The notes: generated from the letters alone by a model not told the origin. A DNA stretch of 54,045 nt from Rhodopila sp. (GCA_035640755.1 DASQVN010000108.1:1-54045); one strand, 5' to 3'; numbered from the stretch's first letter, positions 18,690 through 29,687 are shown. Translations and numbers: made by a program.

Positions 18690-19900
18690 CCAATGATCGG
18701 CGCACGGTCGGCCTGCGAGTCCAGTCAAGCCCGGCGACCTGCTTATTGCGGGCTGCGGAATCGGCCAACTCCTGTTGCGTCAGCACGTCCGCGATGCGGA
18801 CAAAGCCCGGAGTGCGCACTCCGCGACAAGCTGCATCGCCTGCGAGGGGCCGTTGCCCAGTTCGCCAGGACGATCCGCGCCGTCGCCGGCCGGCGCTCGG
18901 CTTCATCGGCCTGCAGCGCTTCCGGAGTCGTGTCGAGACGCTCGATCTCCCGCGCCAGAACACGCGCATCCAGGATGCCCTGGGAGGCGCCGTTCGAGCC
19001 GAGCGGGTACATCGGGTGCGCCACATCGCCCAGCAGTGTCAGGCGTTGAAATCTCCATCGCTCCAGCGGGCTGTGGTCAACCACGGGAAATTCGAAGCAC
19101 CGGCCGGCCGCGCGGATCAGCGCCGGCACGTCCAGCCAATCGAACCGCCAATCGGTGAAGGCCGGCAGGAAGTCATTCGGACTGCCAGCCGGTTCCAGTC
19201 CTCCCGCCGCCAGGCATGGCCGGGGCGGAGCTTGCGTTCGGCGATCCCTTTGATCATGGCCTCTTGTCATGCCTCGCCCCGACCCGCGTCCGGACATGAG
19301 ATCGGATAGGCACGAATTTCTGAAACTCGTGCCCCGCCACGGAATGGCGCCGTTCCAGATCGGCGGCCCTTCATCGGATAAAAGCTCTGGCGAACGATCG
19401 AAAGGATGCCGTCGGCGCCGATCAGCAGACTGCCCCGGCATCATCCGCACGGGCGGCCATCGCGGCAAACGGTGAAGTGGGCGCGCGCACCGGCCTCCTT
19501 CGCATCCCAGGCCACCAGATGATGACCTGCGTGGATACGCGCGGGAGACTGCCGTGCATAGGCGACCTCCAGCAGGATCAGGTCCGGCTCGCCGCTATCG
19601 ATCGAGAATTGCGGCCAGTAATACCCGGCCGCCATCTCCCCGCGGCACGGCCCAGATGCGCTGGCCCCCCGCTTGCTGAAATACGCCGGTTCGGCCGTTT
19701 CAATCGCCGATTCCGCCAAGCGGAGGGCGTAGCCCGAGTTCCACAAGCTCCCGCACCACATCCGGCAGCAGATTACATCCGACACCCAGGGCCTGAGGCC
19801 GCACGACGGTTTCAAACGCACGGCATGCGGCGCCGACCTGGTCCAGGCTGAGCGCAGGAGTGAGCCGGGAAGTGCTGCCGCCTGCGATCGGGACCGTCAT
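18690..19900 (-). pseudogene. Decayed flavin-dependent monooxygenase (PhzS/salicylate hydroxylase-like)
   Basis: Collinear fragments in at least four frames: MTVPIAGGS..LGVGCNLLP, GYYWPQFSI, PPIWNG, FDWLDVPALI..LLGDVAHPMYPLGSNGASQGILDA, KQVAG; GxGxxG motif destroyed; 3' end approximate. Confidence 0.85.
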
Positions 19901-20001
19901 GATGCTGTCTCCTCCTCGTTGGACCGAGGTGATCTGGCAAGCACGTTGGCCCGGACCGAGGTCTCGACGCCATTCGAACGCTGAGGCACTCCAACCAGAA
20001 A

Positions 20002-20091
20002 TGATGGCAGTTTAGGCACGACATGCCTATTTTGCGTGTATTTGATTATATAATCATCGGCACGAAGCGCAATCTGCACTATTTGCCATCA
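20002..20091. promoter_or_regulatory. Regulatory region with three NtrC-like 17-mers and a perfect 14-bp palindrome
   Basis: TGATGGCAGTTTAGGCA (20002-20018), TGCCTATTTTGCGTGTA (20024-20040), TGCACTATTTGCCATCA (20075-20091); TGATTATATAATCA (20043-20056). Confidence 0.45.
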
Positions 20092-20172
20092 ATCAGCGCC
20101 TGTGCTGCATTGCAGCGAATAAATCCCTGCCGTATTGTCCCGACATGTCGCCACTACGACGGGACCACCAGC

Positions 20173-21468
20173 ATGACTCTAGGCAGCGGTAACGGGCTCT
20201 CACGCAGACATCTGATCAAAGGCGCGGCCGCCGTCGCCGGAACCCTTACTGGGTCAGGCGCGATCACCGGCTTTCCAACAATCTGGGCGCAGAACATAAA
20301 GGATGTGGTCCTCCATCATGCCGGCCCGCCGGTGACCGCAATTCCGGCCGTCGCCGAGCAGGCGACGAAGGATCTGGGTTTCACGGTACAGATGCAGGCG
20401 TCGGAGAATGCGGATCTGCTCAACCGCTTCCTCTCACAGTCCAACGCGATCGACTGCGCCGACGTTAGCCTTGTGTACTTGCGCTACCTGACAGGCCGGA
20501 ACGTGCTGCAGGCGATCCCGCTGTCCAAATTCAAGTACTGGGACAAAACTATCCCGCTGCTGACGAAAGGCGAGTATCCCGACGGCCGCAAGGCCCCCGC
20601 CCAGGGCATCACGCCCATGATGGTGCTGTACGCCGCCGGCCCCGACGGCCAGAAGGTCACCGCCGGCACGCCCACAGACTACGTTACCGCCATTCCCACA
20701 GTCATCAACGGCGACACACTTGGCATCCGTCCCGACTTGGTTGGCCGCAAGGTCGATAGCTGGGCCGACCTGCTGAGCCCCGATTTCAAGGGCAAGGCCG
20801 CGCTGCAGGACAACCCCACCATCGGCATCATCGACGTCGCCATGGCGATGGAGGCCCGTGGCGACGTCAAATACGGCAACAAGGGCGACATGACCCGGGC
20901 CGAAATCGACAAGACCATCAACACAATGCTGGAGGTCAAGCGATCCGGCCAGTTCCGATCGTTCTGGACGTCCTTTGATCAATCCGTGAACCTGATGGCC
21001 GCGGGTGAGACGGTGATCCAGTCCATGTGGTCCCCTGCCGTCGCCGCCGTGCGTTCCCGCGGCATTCCCTGTACCTTCCAACCGCTGAAGGAGGGTTACC
21101 GGGGCTGGGCCTATACGATGGGCGTCATGAAGCATGTGTCGGGCCTGAAGCTCGACTGCTTCTATGAATACCTCAACTGGTACACCGGCGGGTTCGAAGG
21201 CGCCTTCATCGCCCGCCAGGGCTACTATTCGGCCCAGCCAGAAAACACCAAGAAATACCTGTCGCAAGCCGAGTGGGATTACTGGTTCGGCGGCAAGCCG
21301 GCCCAGACCGACATTCTGAGCCCATTCGGCAAGCTAATGGAAAAGGCCGGCAACGTCCGCGACGGCGGCGACATCTGGACGCGGCTCGGCAACATCGCGG
21401 TCTGGAACTCTGTCATGGACGAAGACCGCTACCTGACCCGCCGCTGGAACGAATTCATCACCTCCTGA
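20173..21468 (+). CDS. ABC transporter substrate-binding protein (PotD/PotF-like), Tat-exported
   Basis: SRRHLIK Tat motif, SWADLL.PDFKGK, QSMWSPAV, LKEGYRGW. Confidence 0.88.
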   Translation: MTLGSGNGLSRRHLIKGAAAVAGTLTGSGAITGFPTIWAQNIKDVVLHHAGPPVTAIPAVAEQATKDLGFTVQMQASENADLLNRFLSQSNAIDCADVSLVYLRYLTGRNVLQAIPLSKFKYWDKTIPLLTKGEYPDGRKAPAQGITPMMVLYAAGPDGQKVTAGTPTDYVTAIPTVINGDTLGIRPDLVGRKVDSWADLLSPDFKGKAALQDNPTIGIIDVAMAMEARGDVKYGNKGDMTRAEIDKTINTMLEVKRSGQFRSFWTSFDQSVNLMAAGETVIQSMWSPAVAAVRSRGIPCTFQPLKEGYRGWAYTMGVMKHVSGLKLDCFYEYLNWYTGGFEGAFIARQGYYSAQPENTKKYLSQAEWDYWFGGKPAQTDILSPFGKLMEKAGNVRDGGDIWTRLGNIAVWNSVMDEDRYLTRRWNEFITS

Positions 21469-21483
21469 TCAGGGAAGAACATC

Positions 21484-22566
21484 ATGCAGCTTGGCGTCTT
21501 CATTCCCATCGGGAACAATGGCTGGCTGATCTCCACCACATCGCCGCAATACAAGCCGACCTACGACCTGAACAAGACGATCGTCGACAAGGCCGAGCGC
21601 TTCGGCTTCGACTTCGCCCTGTCCATGATCAAGCTGCACGGCTTCGGCGGGCCGTCGCAGTTCTGGGACTACAACCTGGAATCCTTCACGCTGATGGCAG
21701 GCCTCGCCGCGACCACGACCCGGATCAAGCTGTTCGCGACCTGCGCCGTGCTGACAATGCCGCCGCCGATCACCGCGCGGATGGCGGTGACGATCGATTC
21801 GATCTCGCACGGGCGGTTCGGCGTCAACATCATCTCCGGTTGGCAGCGGCGCGAATACACGCAGATGGGCATCTGGCCGGGCAGCGAGCACTACAAGCGC
21901 CGCTACGAGTACTGCGCCGAATACGTCACCATCATGAAGGAACTCTGGGCCGCCGGCCGGTCCGACTTCAGGGGAGACTTCTTCCAGATGGACGACTGCC
22001 GCTGCTTGCCCATGCCATCGGCAAACATCCCGATCATCTGCGCCGCGCAGTCCGAAGCCGGCACACGATTCGCCGCCCAATACGCAGACTACAATTTCTG
22101 CGGCAGCGGCGGGGTCAACGAACCGACCAAGCTGGCGCCAAGTGTCGCGCGTCTGGTGACGGCGACCGAGGAGACCGGACGCGATTGCGGCGCCCTGGTT
22201 CTACAGATGATCATCGCGGATGAAACCGACGCCGCCGCGGAAGCGAAGTGGGAACACTACAAGGCCGGCATTGACCTGGAAGCGATCGCCCATCGTGATG
22301 CCCAAGCCTCGGATGACCCGAACCCCGACCCGTATTCCCAGGCGCACAAACGCGCGACACTGGGGATCGACAAGCTGCCCACCAACCAGGGCGTCCTGGT
22401 CGGGTCCTACGCCAAGATCGCCCGCATGCTGGATGAGCTGTCCAAGGTCCCCGGCGTCCGCGGCATCATGATGACCTTCGACGATTTCGTGATCGGCATG
22501 GAGCAGTTCGGCACCCGTATCCTGCCGCTTATGCGCTGCCGGAACGAAATCAAGCAGGCCGCATGA
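21484..22566 (+). CDS. rutA: Pyrimidine monooxygenase RutA (luciferase-like)
   Basis: [17 protein letters not shown]...[15 protein letters not shown]...[16 protein letters not shown] is the characteristic RutA N-terminus. Confidence 0.9.
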   Translation: MQLGVFIPIGNNGWLISTTSPQYKPTYDLNKTIVDKAERFGFDFALSMIKLHGFGGPSQFWDYNLESFTLMAGLAATTTRIKLFATCAVLTMPPPITARMAVTIDSISHGRFGVNIISGWQRREYTQMGIWPGSEHYKRRYEYCAEYVTIMKELWAAGRSDFRGDFFQMDDCRCLPMPSANIPIICAAQSEAGTRFAAQYADYNFCGSGGVNEPTKLAPSVARLVTATEETGRDCGALVLQMIIADETDAAAEAKWEHYKAGIDLEAIAHRDAQASDDPNPDPYSQAHKRATLGIDKLPTNQGVLVGSYAKIARMLDELSKVPGVRGIMMTFDDFVIGMEQFGTRILPLMRCRNEIKQAA

Positions 22567-23495
22567 CCAGCCTCAGCTTGAGTTCTATCCTGCCGTTCGG
22601 AAGATCCGCGGCAGGAACCCGCGAACGGGTGTGCCGGAAGCGCCCTGACTGGCTGATGTCGTGGCTACAGATCAGCCCACTGGCATTGATCCTGGTCGTC
22701 CTGTTCGCCGTGCCGACCGTGCTGTTCCTGGTCGTCAGCTTCTTCGACTATGACCGGGTCGGCATCTATCCCGCATTCATTCTCGACAACTACCGCGACC
22801 TGCTCACCACGCCAGCGACCTGGCGGGTCTATGGCAGCTCGCTGAAGTTCGCGTTCATCGTCTGGGCGATCACGCTCTTCCTCGGCTTCAACATCGCCTA
22901 CTTCCTGATCTTCCACGTCCGGAACGCGGCGATCCGCACGGTGCTGTTCCTGCTGTGTGCCATCCCGTTCTGGACCTCCGGCATCATCCGCACCATCGCC
23001 TGGATCCCCTTCCTGGGCCGCAACGGCGCCTTCAACCAGATACTGATGGGCCTCGGCCTCACCTCGCATCCTCTCGACTTCCTGCTGTTCTCGGACTTCG
23101 CGGTCATCATCACTTATGTCCACCTGTTCACCCTGCTGATGGTGGGGCCGATCGCGAACTCGCTCTCCAAGATCGACCCTGCGCTGATCGAGGCCGCGCG
23201 CGATGCCGGGGCAAGTCGCTGCCAGACCATGACGCAGGTCGTCATCCCGCTGGCAAAGACCGGGATCACGTTGGGCTCCATTCTCGTCTTCACCCAGGTC
23301 ATGGGCGACTATTTCGTCGTCAAGCAAATGAGCGGCGGGCAAAGCGCCTCGATCGTCTCGATGCTCTCGACCGAAATTCAGGCCATGCAGTATCCGCCGG
23401 CCTCGGCCAACGCCATGGTGCTGGTGATCTTCGTCGCCATGATGGTCGCCGTCATGATGCGGATCGTGGACGTCCGCAAGGAACTGGTGAAATGA
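22563..23495 (+). CDS. ABC transporter permease (PotB-like)
   Basis: Multiple TM helices, EAA loop [10 protein letters not shown]; overlaps rutA stop. Confidence 0.92.
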   Translation: MTSLSLSSILPFGRSAAGTRERVCRKRPDWLMSWLQISPLALILVVLFAVPTVLFLVVSFFDYDRVGIYPAFILDNYRDLLTTPATWRVYGSSLKFAFIVWAITLFLGFNIAYFLIFHVRNAAIRTVLFLLCAIPFWTSGIIRTIAWIPFLGRNGAFNQILMGLGLTSHPLDFLLFSDFAVIITYVHLFTLLMVGPIANSLSKIDPALIEAARDAGASRCQTMTQVVIPLAKTGITLGSILVFTQVMGDYFVVKQMSGGQSASIVSMLSTEIQAMQYPPASANAMVLVIFVAMMVAVMMRIVDVRKELVK

Positions 23496-24334
23496 GGCCA
23501 CTACTCAGCGAAAAGCGCCCCTGGACGTTCTACGCGCTGGCCACCCTGTTCAGCGCGTTCATCCTATTCCTGTATGGCCCGATGCTGGTGATCTACGTCC
23601 TGTCCTTCCAGGGCGAGAACGGCGGCGTGACCTTCCCAATGGTCGGCACCTCATTGACCTGGTTCCGCCAGATCTTCCAGCCTGGCCAGATGGCCAACAT
23701 CCCCGCCTCCTTCGGCCGCTCGATCGAGGTGGCGGCCGTCGTCAGCACCCTGACTGTAATCTTCGCCGTCGCCGGCGGCCTCGGCTTCCGCCGCCGCTTC
23801 CCCGGCTCGGGCGTCATCTTCTACCTGGCGGTCGCCAGCCTGGTCATGCCCAGCCTGCTGGTCGGCTTCGGTATCGGCCTTGGCTTTCAGTTCCTGGGAT
23901 GGCAGCCAAGCTTGTTCACCTCAGCGCTCGGCGCCCAGCTTACTTGGACCCTGCCGTTCGGCCTGTTCGCCATGTTCGCCGTGGTGAACCGCTTCAATCG
24001 TGCGTGGGAGGAAGCGGCCATCGACCTCGGCGCCAGCCCATGGCAGCGCCTGCGCCACGTGACCCTTCCCATCCTGATGCCCGGCATCATCGGCATCGCC
24101 ATGGGTGCCTTCACCCTGTCCTATGACGAGTATGCCCGAACCACGCTGACAATCGGCCCGAAGAACACCCTGCCGCTGGAGATCTATGCCCTGATCTCCT
24201 CGGCCACCTCGCCGACCCTGTTCGCCATCGGCACCCTGACCACGGGCGCCTCCTTCCTGATCATTGTCGTCTCGCTGGTCGTGGTGATGCGGATGCAGCG
24301 CCGGCGAGGCAGAACGACCGTAGAGGCTGGATAA
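23492..24334 (+). CDS. ABC transporter permease (PotC-like)
   Basis: FLYGP, EEAAIDLGAS, FTLSYDE; ATGA overlap. Confidence 0.92.
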   Translation: MRPLLSEKRPWTFYALATLFSAFILFLYGPMLVIYVLSFQGENGGVTFPMVGTSLTWFRQIFQPGQMANIPASFGRSIEVAAVVSTLTVIFAVAGGLGFRRRFPGSGVIFYLAVASLVMPSLLVGFGIGLGFQFLGWQPSLFTSALGAQLTWTLPFGLFAMFAVVNRFNRAWEEAAIDLGASPWQRLRHVTLPILMPGIIGIAMGAFTLSYDEYARTTLTIGPKNTLPLEIYALISSATSPTLFAIGTLTTGASFLIIVVSLVVVMRMQRRRGRTTVEAG

Positions 24335-25323
24335 TGGACAACCGATTCGACGTTGAGCTGATCTCGGTCACTAAGCGCTACAGCGGCACGCTGGCAGTGG
24401 ACGGCATCTCGCTCCGTATCCCGCGCGCCACCTACTGCTGCCTGCTCGGCCCCAGCGGCTGCGGCAAGACCACCACGCTGCGCATGATCGCCGGGCATGA
24501 AGCCATCACTGAAGGCGACATCCTGATCCATGGCGAGAATGTCTCCGACCTGCCGCCGGTGAAGCGCGGCACAGCCATGATGTTTCAAAGCTATGCACTG
24601 TTCCCGCACATGTCCTGCCTCGACAACGTCGCCTTCAGCCTGAAGATGCGCGGCATCGGCAAGCAGGAGCGGCACCGGAAGGCGCGCGAGTTTCTCGCCC
24701 TTGTCCACATGGAATCCTTCGCCGACCGGCTGCCCGCGCAGCTCTCCGGCGGCCAGCAGCAGCGCATTGCCCTGGTCCGTGCCCTGATTACCCAGCCCAA
24801 AGTGCTCCTGCTGGACGAACCACTATCGGCCCTCGACCCCTTCCTCCGCATTAAGGTGCGTGAAGAACTCAAACGTCTGCAGCGGGAGCTCGGCATTACC
24901 TTTATCCATGTCACCCACAGTCAGGACGAGGCGATGGCCCTCGCCGACCTGATGGTGGTGATGGAGCACGGCCATATCCGCCAGGCCGCCCACCCACGCG
25001 ACGTGTTCGAAAAGCCCCTTAGCCCATTCATCGCGCGCTTCATCGGCAGCCACAACGTGCTGCGCGACAACCAGGGCCCGATCGCCGTCCGCGCGGACCG
25101 GTGCCGGCTGGGTTTCGCCGAGGAAGGCCCGCACGTCTCCGGCCAGGTCATCGCGGTGGAATACCAGGGCTCCATGGTCCGCGTCGCCATGAAGACCGAC
25201 GCAGGCGATGAAGCCTTCGCCCTGGTGCCGGATCAGATCTTCTACCGCAAGCCTGCCGAACCCGGCGAAACGGCAACCCTGGTCTGGTCACCGCACGACG
25301 CGCACGTGCTGGCCGAGGCTTGA
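24334..25323 (+). CDS. ABC transporter ATP-binding protein (PotA-like)
   Basis: GPSGCGKT, LSGGQQQR, LLLDEP, HVTH, TOBE-like C-terminus. Confidence 0.95.
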   Translation: MDNRFDVELISVTKRYSGTLAVDGISLRIPRATYCCLLGPSGCGKTTTLRMIAGHEAITEGDILIHGENVSDLPPVKRGTAMMFQSYALFPHMSCLDNVAFSLKMRGIGKQERHRKAREFLALVHMESFADRLPAQLSGGQQQRIALVRALITQPKVLLLDEPLSALDPFLRIKVREELKRLQRELGITFIHVTHSQDEAMALADLMVVMEHGHIRQAAHPRDVFEKPLSPFIARFIGSHNVLRDNQGPIAVRADRCRLGFAEEGPHVSGQVIAVEYQGSMVRVAMKTDAGDEAFALVPDQIFYRKPAEPGETATLVWSPHDAHVLAEA

Positions 25324-25349
25324 GCCCCGCCTGACAAACCTCCATCCGG

Positions 25350-25374
25350 GCAACCGCCATCCCCTTGATCCGTT
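25350..25374 (+). promoter_or_regulatory. EcfG-like promoter
   Basis: GCAAC-N16-CGTT, 34 bp upstream of ATG 25409. Confidence 0.5.
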
Positions 25375-25408
25375 CCCAGTGGGTCCGCTTGTGTATAGGG
25401 ACCATGCC

Positions 25409-25978
25409 ATGGATCGCCCGCTGGAAATCGCTTTTCACAACATGGACTCTTCCGAGTCGCTGGAGGCTGACATCCGCGCCCGGGTGGAAAAGCTTGAGAA
25501 ACGGTATGGCAACCTGATCGGATGCCGCGTATCCGTGGAGAAGCTGCACAACCGCCATCGCACCGGCAACGTATTCGACGTCCATATCGTCATGAGCTTG
25601 CGGGGACGCGATCTCGCCGTTTCGCGGGAGCCCAGCAAGGCCAAGGAGAAATACGCCCACCCGGATGCCTGGACCTCGGTACGAGATGCGTTTGAGGCCG
25701 CGGAGCGCCAGCTCCAGGCCTACAAGCGCGCCAACCGCCAGGACCGGACGGCACCGACCGCTCACGCCATGGCCGGCCAGGTGGCGTTGATCGAGCCTGG
25801 CGCAGACTACGGCTTCATCCTGACCAACACTGGCACCCAGCTCTACTTCCATCGCGACAGCGTCACCGATGGCGACTTTGAGAAGCTGAAGGTCGGAGAT
25901 CCTGTCCACTATGTGGAGGAGGAAGGCGACGCAGGCCCGACCGCGACCAAGGTCCGGGTCGGCACCAACGGTAGATAG
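25409..25978 (+). CDS. HPF/RaiA-family ribosome-associated protein fused to a cold-shock domain
   Basis: PLEIAFHNMDSSESLE..I...VEKLE...VRDAFEAAERQL (HPF), then YGFI..LYFHRDSV..LKVGD.V (CSD RNP motifs). Confidence 0.9.
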   Translation: MDRPLEIAFHNMDSSESLEADIRARVEKLEKRYGNLIGCRVSVEKLHNRHRTGNVFDVHIVMSLRGRDLAVSREPSKAKEKYAHPDAWTSVRDAFEAAERQLQAYKRANRQDRTAPTAHAMAGQVALIEPGADYGFILTNTGTQLYFHRDSVTDGDFEKLKVGDPVHYVEEEGDAGPTATKVRVGTNGR

Positions 25979-26067
25979 CCGCCCCCCGGCACCAGGGATG
26001 GCTTTACAATGTCGGGGCATGACCGCACCTTCAGCCACCAAAGGGCGAGTAGAAGGAGGAACGATCC

Positions 26068-26865
26068 ATGTTGACCGATGACCAGGTTCGTCAGTTCCAC
26101 GAGGACGGTTATCTGTTCCTGCCGGAGACCTTCACGTCCGAGGAGGTCGCGATCCTCCGCTCGGAAGCCGAGGAGATCTATCGCCAGCACCGCCCGGAGG
26201 TCTGGCGGGAGAAGTCCGGCGCGCCCCGGACCGCCTTCGCCGCCTATCTATACAATGAGGCGCATGGTCTGCTGGCCCGACATCCCCGCATGATCCGGCC
26301 CGTCGAGCAGTTATTCGGTGAACAGGTCTACATGCACCAGTACAAGATCAATGCAAAGGCCAGCTTCACCGGTGACGTCTGGCAGTGGCACCAGGACTAC
26401 GGCACCTGGGCGCGCGACGACGGCATGCCGGAGCCACGGGCGATGAACATCGCCGTCTTCCTGGATGAGGTCATGCCGATCAACGGCCCCTTGATGCTGG
26501 TGCCCCGCAGCCACACCCAGGGCGTGCTCGCCGCGGGGCACGACACGACCACTACGTCCTACCCGCTGTGGACCCTGGATGAGGAGACGGTCACCAGGCT
26601 GGTCGAGCAAGGCGGCATCGTCGCCCCGACCGGCAAGGCCGGCGGGCTGCTGATGTTCCATGGCAACCTGGTGCACGGATCGGCCGGCAATATCACCCCG
26701 TATCCGCGCAAGATCGTTTACCTGACGCTGAATGCCGTCTCCAACTACATCCGCAAGCCGACCCGGCCGGAGTGGATCGCCCACACCGATTTCACACCGA
26801 TCGTGCCAACGGATGATGACGCGTTGACCCGCTATGCGCGACGAATGACGCAGGCCGCGGCCTGA
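26068..26865 (+). CDS. Fe(II)/2-oxoglutarate dioxygenase, PhyH family (EctD-like)
   Basis: QFHEDGYL, HQYKINAK, WQWHQD (HxD), FHGNLVHGS..N...R; RBS AGGAGG. Confidence 0.9.
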   Translation: MLTDDQVRQFHEDGYLFLPETFTSEEVAILRSEAEEIYRQHRPEVWREKSGAPRTAFAAYLYNEAHGLLARHPRMIRPVEQLFGEQVYMHQYKINAKASFTGDVWQWHQDYGTWARDDGMPEPRAMNIAVFLDEVMPINGPLMLVPRSHTQGVLAAGHDTTTTSYPLWTLDEETVTRLVEQGGIVAPTGKAGGLLMFHGNLVHGSAGNITPYPRKIVYLTLNAVSNYIRKPTRPEWIAHTDFTPIVPTDDDALTRYARRMTQAAA

Positions 26866-26877
26866 TTTCCCATCCAA

Positions 26878-26909
26878 CCGGCTTTCGGCTCAATTCGGCC
26901 GAAAGCCGG
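26878..26909. terminator. Hairpin between convergent genes (probable bidirectional terminator)
   Basis: Perfect 12-bp stem CCGGCTTTCGGC / GCCGAAAGCCGG with 8-nt loop. Confidence 0.7.
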
Positions 26910-26923
26910 AAGCAATCCGCTGA

Positions 26924-27844
26924 TCAGCGTGTCGGCCGGGGCGGGTCCTGGCTGTAGTCATAGAAGCCACGGCCGGTCTTCCGGCCATACCAGCCGGCCT
27001 CGACATACTTCACCAGAAGCGGGCAGGGGCGATATTTGCTGTCCGACAACCCTTCGTACAGCACCTGCATGATCGACAGGCAGGTATCAAGCCCGATGAA
27101 GTCGGCCAGTTCCAGCGGCCCCATCGGATGGTTGGCGCCCAGCTTCATCGAGGTGTCGATGGCCGAGACGGACCCCACACCTTCATATAAGGCGTAGACC
27201 GCTTCATTGATCATCGGCACCAGGATACGGTTGACGATGAAAGCCGGGAAATCCTCGGCCACGGCCGAGACCTTGCCCAGCCGTTCGGCTAGCACCTTGA
27301 CCGCCTGGAATGTCGGCTCATCCGTGGCGATGCCGCGGATGATCTCCACCAGCTTCATGACCGGCACCGGGTTCATGAAGTGCATGCCGATGAACTTCTC
27401 GGCCCGGTCCGTCGCCGCGCCGAGCCGGGTGATGGAGATCGAGGACGTGTTGGACGCGATCAGGCAGGAGGGCTTGAGATGGGGGGTCAGCGTCCTGAAG
27501 ATCTGGCGCTTGATCTCTTCCTTCTCGGTCGCCGCCTCGATCACCAGATCGACCTCGCCCAGCATCCCGTAGTCGGTCGAGGTCTTCACTCGCATCAGCG
27601 CCTCATCCCGCTCATCCGAGGAAATGAGGGTTCGCTTGACCTGGCGATCCATGTTGCGGGCCATGGTCGCCATGGCCTTGCTGAGCGCGTCTTCCTTGAT
27701 ATCGATGATCGTGACCGGCAAGCCCGCGAGGGCACACACATGGGCGATGCCATTGCCCATTTGTCCGGCACCGATCACACCGACCGAATGAATTTCGGGC
27801 GGTTCGGTCCCCATGCCTACGACAGGCTTGACGTCAACGTTCAT
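26924..27844 (-). CDS. hbd: 3-hydroxybutyryl-CoA dehydrogenase
   Basis: [41 protein letters not shown]. Confidence 0.95.
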   Translation of the reverse strand: MNVDVKPVVGMGTEPPEIHSVGVIGAGQMGNGIAHVCALAGLPVTIIDIKEDALSKAMATMARNMDRQVKRTLISSDERDEALMRVKTSTDYGMLGEVDLVIEAATEKEEIKRQIFRTLTPHLKPSCLIASNTSSISITRLGAATDRAEKFIGMHFMNPVPVMKLVEIIRGIATDEPTFQAVKVLAERLGKVSAVAEDFPAFIVNRILVPMINEAVYALYEGVGSVSAIDTSMKLGANHPMGPLELADFIGLDTCLSIMQVLYEGLSDSKYRPCPLLVKYVEAGWYGRKTGRGFYDYSQDPPRPTR

Positions 27845-28780
27845 TCAGGAGCGCTCCAGTTCCGCTGCCAACTCGGGCAACGCGTTGAAAAGATCAGCCA
27901 CCAGGCCGTAATCGGCGACCTGGAAAATGGGCGCTTCCTCATCCTTGTTGATCGCAACAATTACCTTGCTGTCCTTCATTCCTGCAAGGTGTTGTATCGC
28001 ACCGGAGATGCCGACAGCGACATAAAGCTCCGGTGCCACGATCTTGCCGGTCTGGCCGACCTGGTACTCGTTCGGCACGAAGCCGGCATCCACCGCTGCA
28101 CGCGACGCGCCGACGGCTGCGCCGAGCTTGTCGGCGATCGGCTCGATCAGCTTGAAGTTCTCGCCGCTCTGCATGCCGCGCCCGCCGGAGATCACAACCC
28201 GTGCCGCTGTCAGCTCCGGCCGCTCGCTCTTCGAGAGCTCAGCCGAGATGAACTTGGACAGGCCCGGCAGCTCACCCACTGCAACGGTTTCGGTCGGCGC
28301 ATTGCCGCCCTCCGCCGCAACTGGGTCGAAGCTCGCTGCGCGGACGGTGATGACTTTCTTCGCATCCGCAGACTTCACCGTCGCCATGCCGTTGCCTGCA
28401 TAGATCGGACGCACAAAGGTATCGGCGTCAACGACCGCGGCAATGTCGCTGATCGGCTGCACATCCAGTAGTGCGGCGACCCGCGGCAGGATGTTTTTCC
28501 CGACCGCCGTCGTCGCCGCCATGATGTGGGAGTAGTTGGGTGCGAGGCTCACCAGCAGTGCCGCCATCGGTTCGGCAAGCAGGTGATCCAGCGCCGGATG
28601 TTCGGCGACCAGCACCTTGGCGATGCCGGGCAACTTCGCCGCGGCCGCCTTGGCCTTGTCCAGATTTACCCCTGCCACCAGGGCGTGCACCTCCCCCAGC
28701 GCCTGCGCGGCGGCAACGGCGCTGCGGGACGGCTGCTTGATGCCCGAATCGTCGAATTCGAGAAGAACCAGACTCGTCAT
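27845..28780 (-). CDS. etfA: Electron transfer flavoprotein subunit alpha
   Basis: [36 protein letters not shown]. Confidence 0.97.
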   Translation of the reverse strand: MTSLVLLEFDDSGIKQPSRSAVAAAQALGEVHALVAGVNLDKAKAAAAKLPGIAKVLVAEHPALDHLLAEPMAALLVSLAPNYSHIMAATTAVGKNILPRVAALLDVQPISDIAAVVDADTFVRPIYAGNGMATVKSADAKKVITVRAASFDPVAAEGGNAPTETVAVGELPGLSKFISAELSKSERPELTAARVVISGGRGMQSGENFKLIEPIADKLGAAVGASRAAVDAGFVPNEYQVGQTGKIVAPELYVAVGISGAIQHLAGMKDSKVIVAINKDEEAPIFQVADYGLVADLFNALPELAAELERS

Positions 28781-28782
28781 CG

Positions 28783-29532
28783 TCAGATTACCTTTGCTTC
28801 CGTCTTCAGCTTGTTCACCAGTTCGGCCACCGATCCGACCTTCTGGCCGGCCTTGCGCTTCGGTGGTTCGGTTACCTTCAGCACCGTCAGGCGCGGCGTG
28901 ACATCAACGCCCAGATCCGCCGGCTTCATGTTGGCGATCGGCTTCTTCCGCGCCTTCATGATATTGGGCAGGGAGGCATAGCGCGGCTCATTCAAACGAA
29001 GGTCCGTGGTGACGACCGCGGGCAGATTCAGGGCCACCGTCTCCAGCCCGCCATCGATCTCCCGTGTGACTGTCGCCGTATCGCCCTCAATTGCGACCTT
29101 GCTGGCGAACGTGCCTTGTGACCAGCCCAGCAGTGCGGCGAGCATCTGCCCCGTCGCGCTCATGTCATCATCAATCGCCTGCTTGCCCAGGATGATCAGC
29201 TTGGGCTCTTCCTTCTCGGCGATCGCCTTCAGCAGCTTCGCAACCGCCAGCGGCTGCAGATCGGCATCGGTCTCGACCAGGATGCCGCGGTCGGCGCCCA
29301 TGGCGAGCGCGGTGCGGATCGTCTCCTGGCACGCCGCCACACCCGCCGAAACCACGACCACCTCGGTCGCCTTGCCGGCCTCCTTGAGCTTGAGCGCCTC
29401 CTCGACGGCGATCTCGTCGAAGGGATTCATCGACATCTTGACGCCGGCAGTTTCGATACCGGACCCGTCGGATTTCACGCGGACCTTGACGTTGTAGTCT
29501 ACCACCCGCTTCACGGGGACTATGATCTTCAT
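28783..29532 (-). CDS. etfB: Electron transfer flavoprotein subunit beta
   Basis: [45 protein letters not shown]. Confidence 0.97.
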   Translation of the reverse strand: MKIIVPVKRVVDYNVKVRVKSDGSGIETAGVKMSMNPFDEIAVEEALKLKEAGKATEVVVVSAGVAACQETIRTALAMGADRGILVETDADLQPLAVAKLLKAIAEKEEPKLIILGKQAIDDDMSATGQMLAALLGWSQGTFASKVAIEGDTATVTREIDGGLETVALNLPAVVTTDLRLNEPRYASLPNIMKARKKPIANMKPADLGVDVTPRLTVLKVTEPPKRKAGQKVGSVAELVNKLKTEAKVI

Positions 29533-29658
29533 GGGACGTTGTACCGTTTCCTGAGGACGTTAAGTGGACACAGGCCCATACGCTCCGCCGGCATGCTGGT
29601 GCCGCGAACTGCATGGATGCGTGGCGTCGACTGTTCGCACCCGCAATAGAGGGGGCGG

Positions 29659-29687
29659 ACCTTATTAACGGTGTCCCGCGGTGTCAA
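29659..29687 (-). promoter_or_regulatory. Sigma70-type promoter for etfBA-hbd
   Basis: Minus strand TTGACA-N17-TAAGGT. Confidence 0.6.

Noticed and set aside
22955-23491. Long upstream extension of the second permease
   Set aside because: Overlaps the first permease out of frame; the ATGA junction at 23492 gives a normal-length protein
26068-26865. Annotation as ectD
   Set aside because: The signature deviates at several positions and no ectoine genes are adjacent
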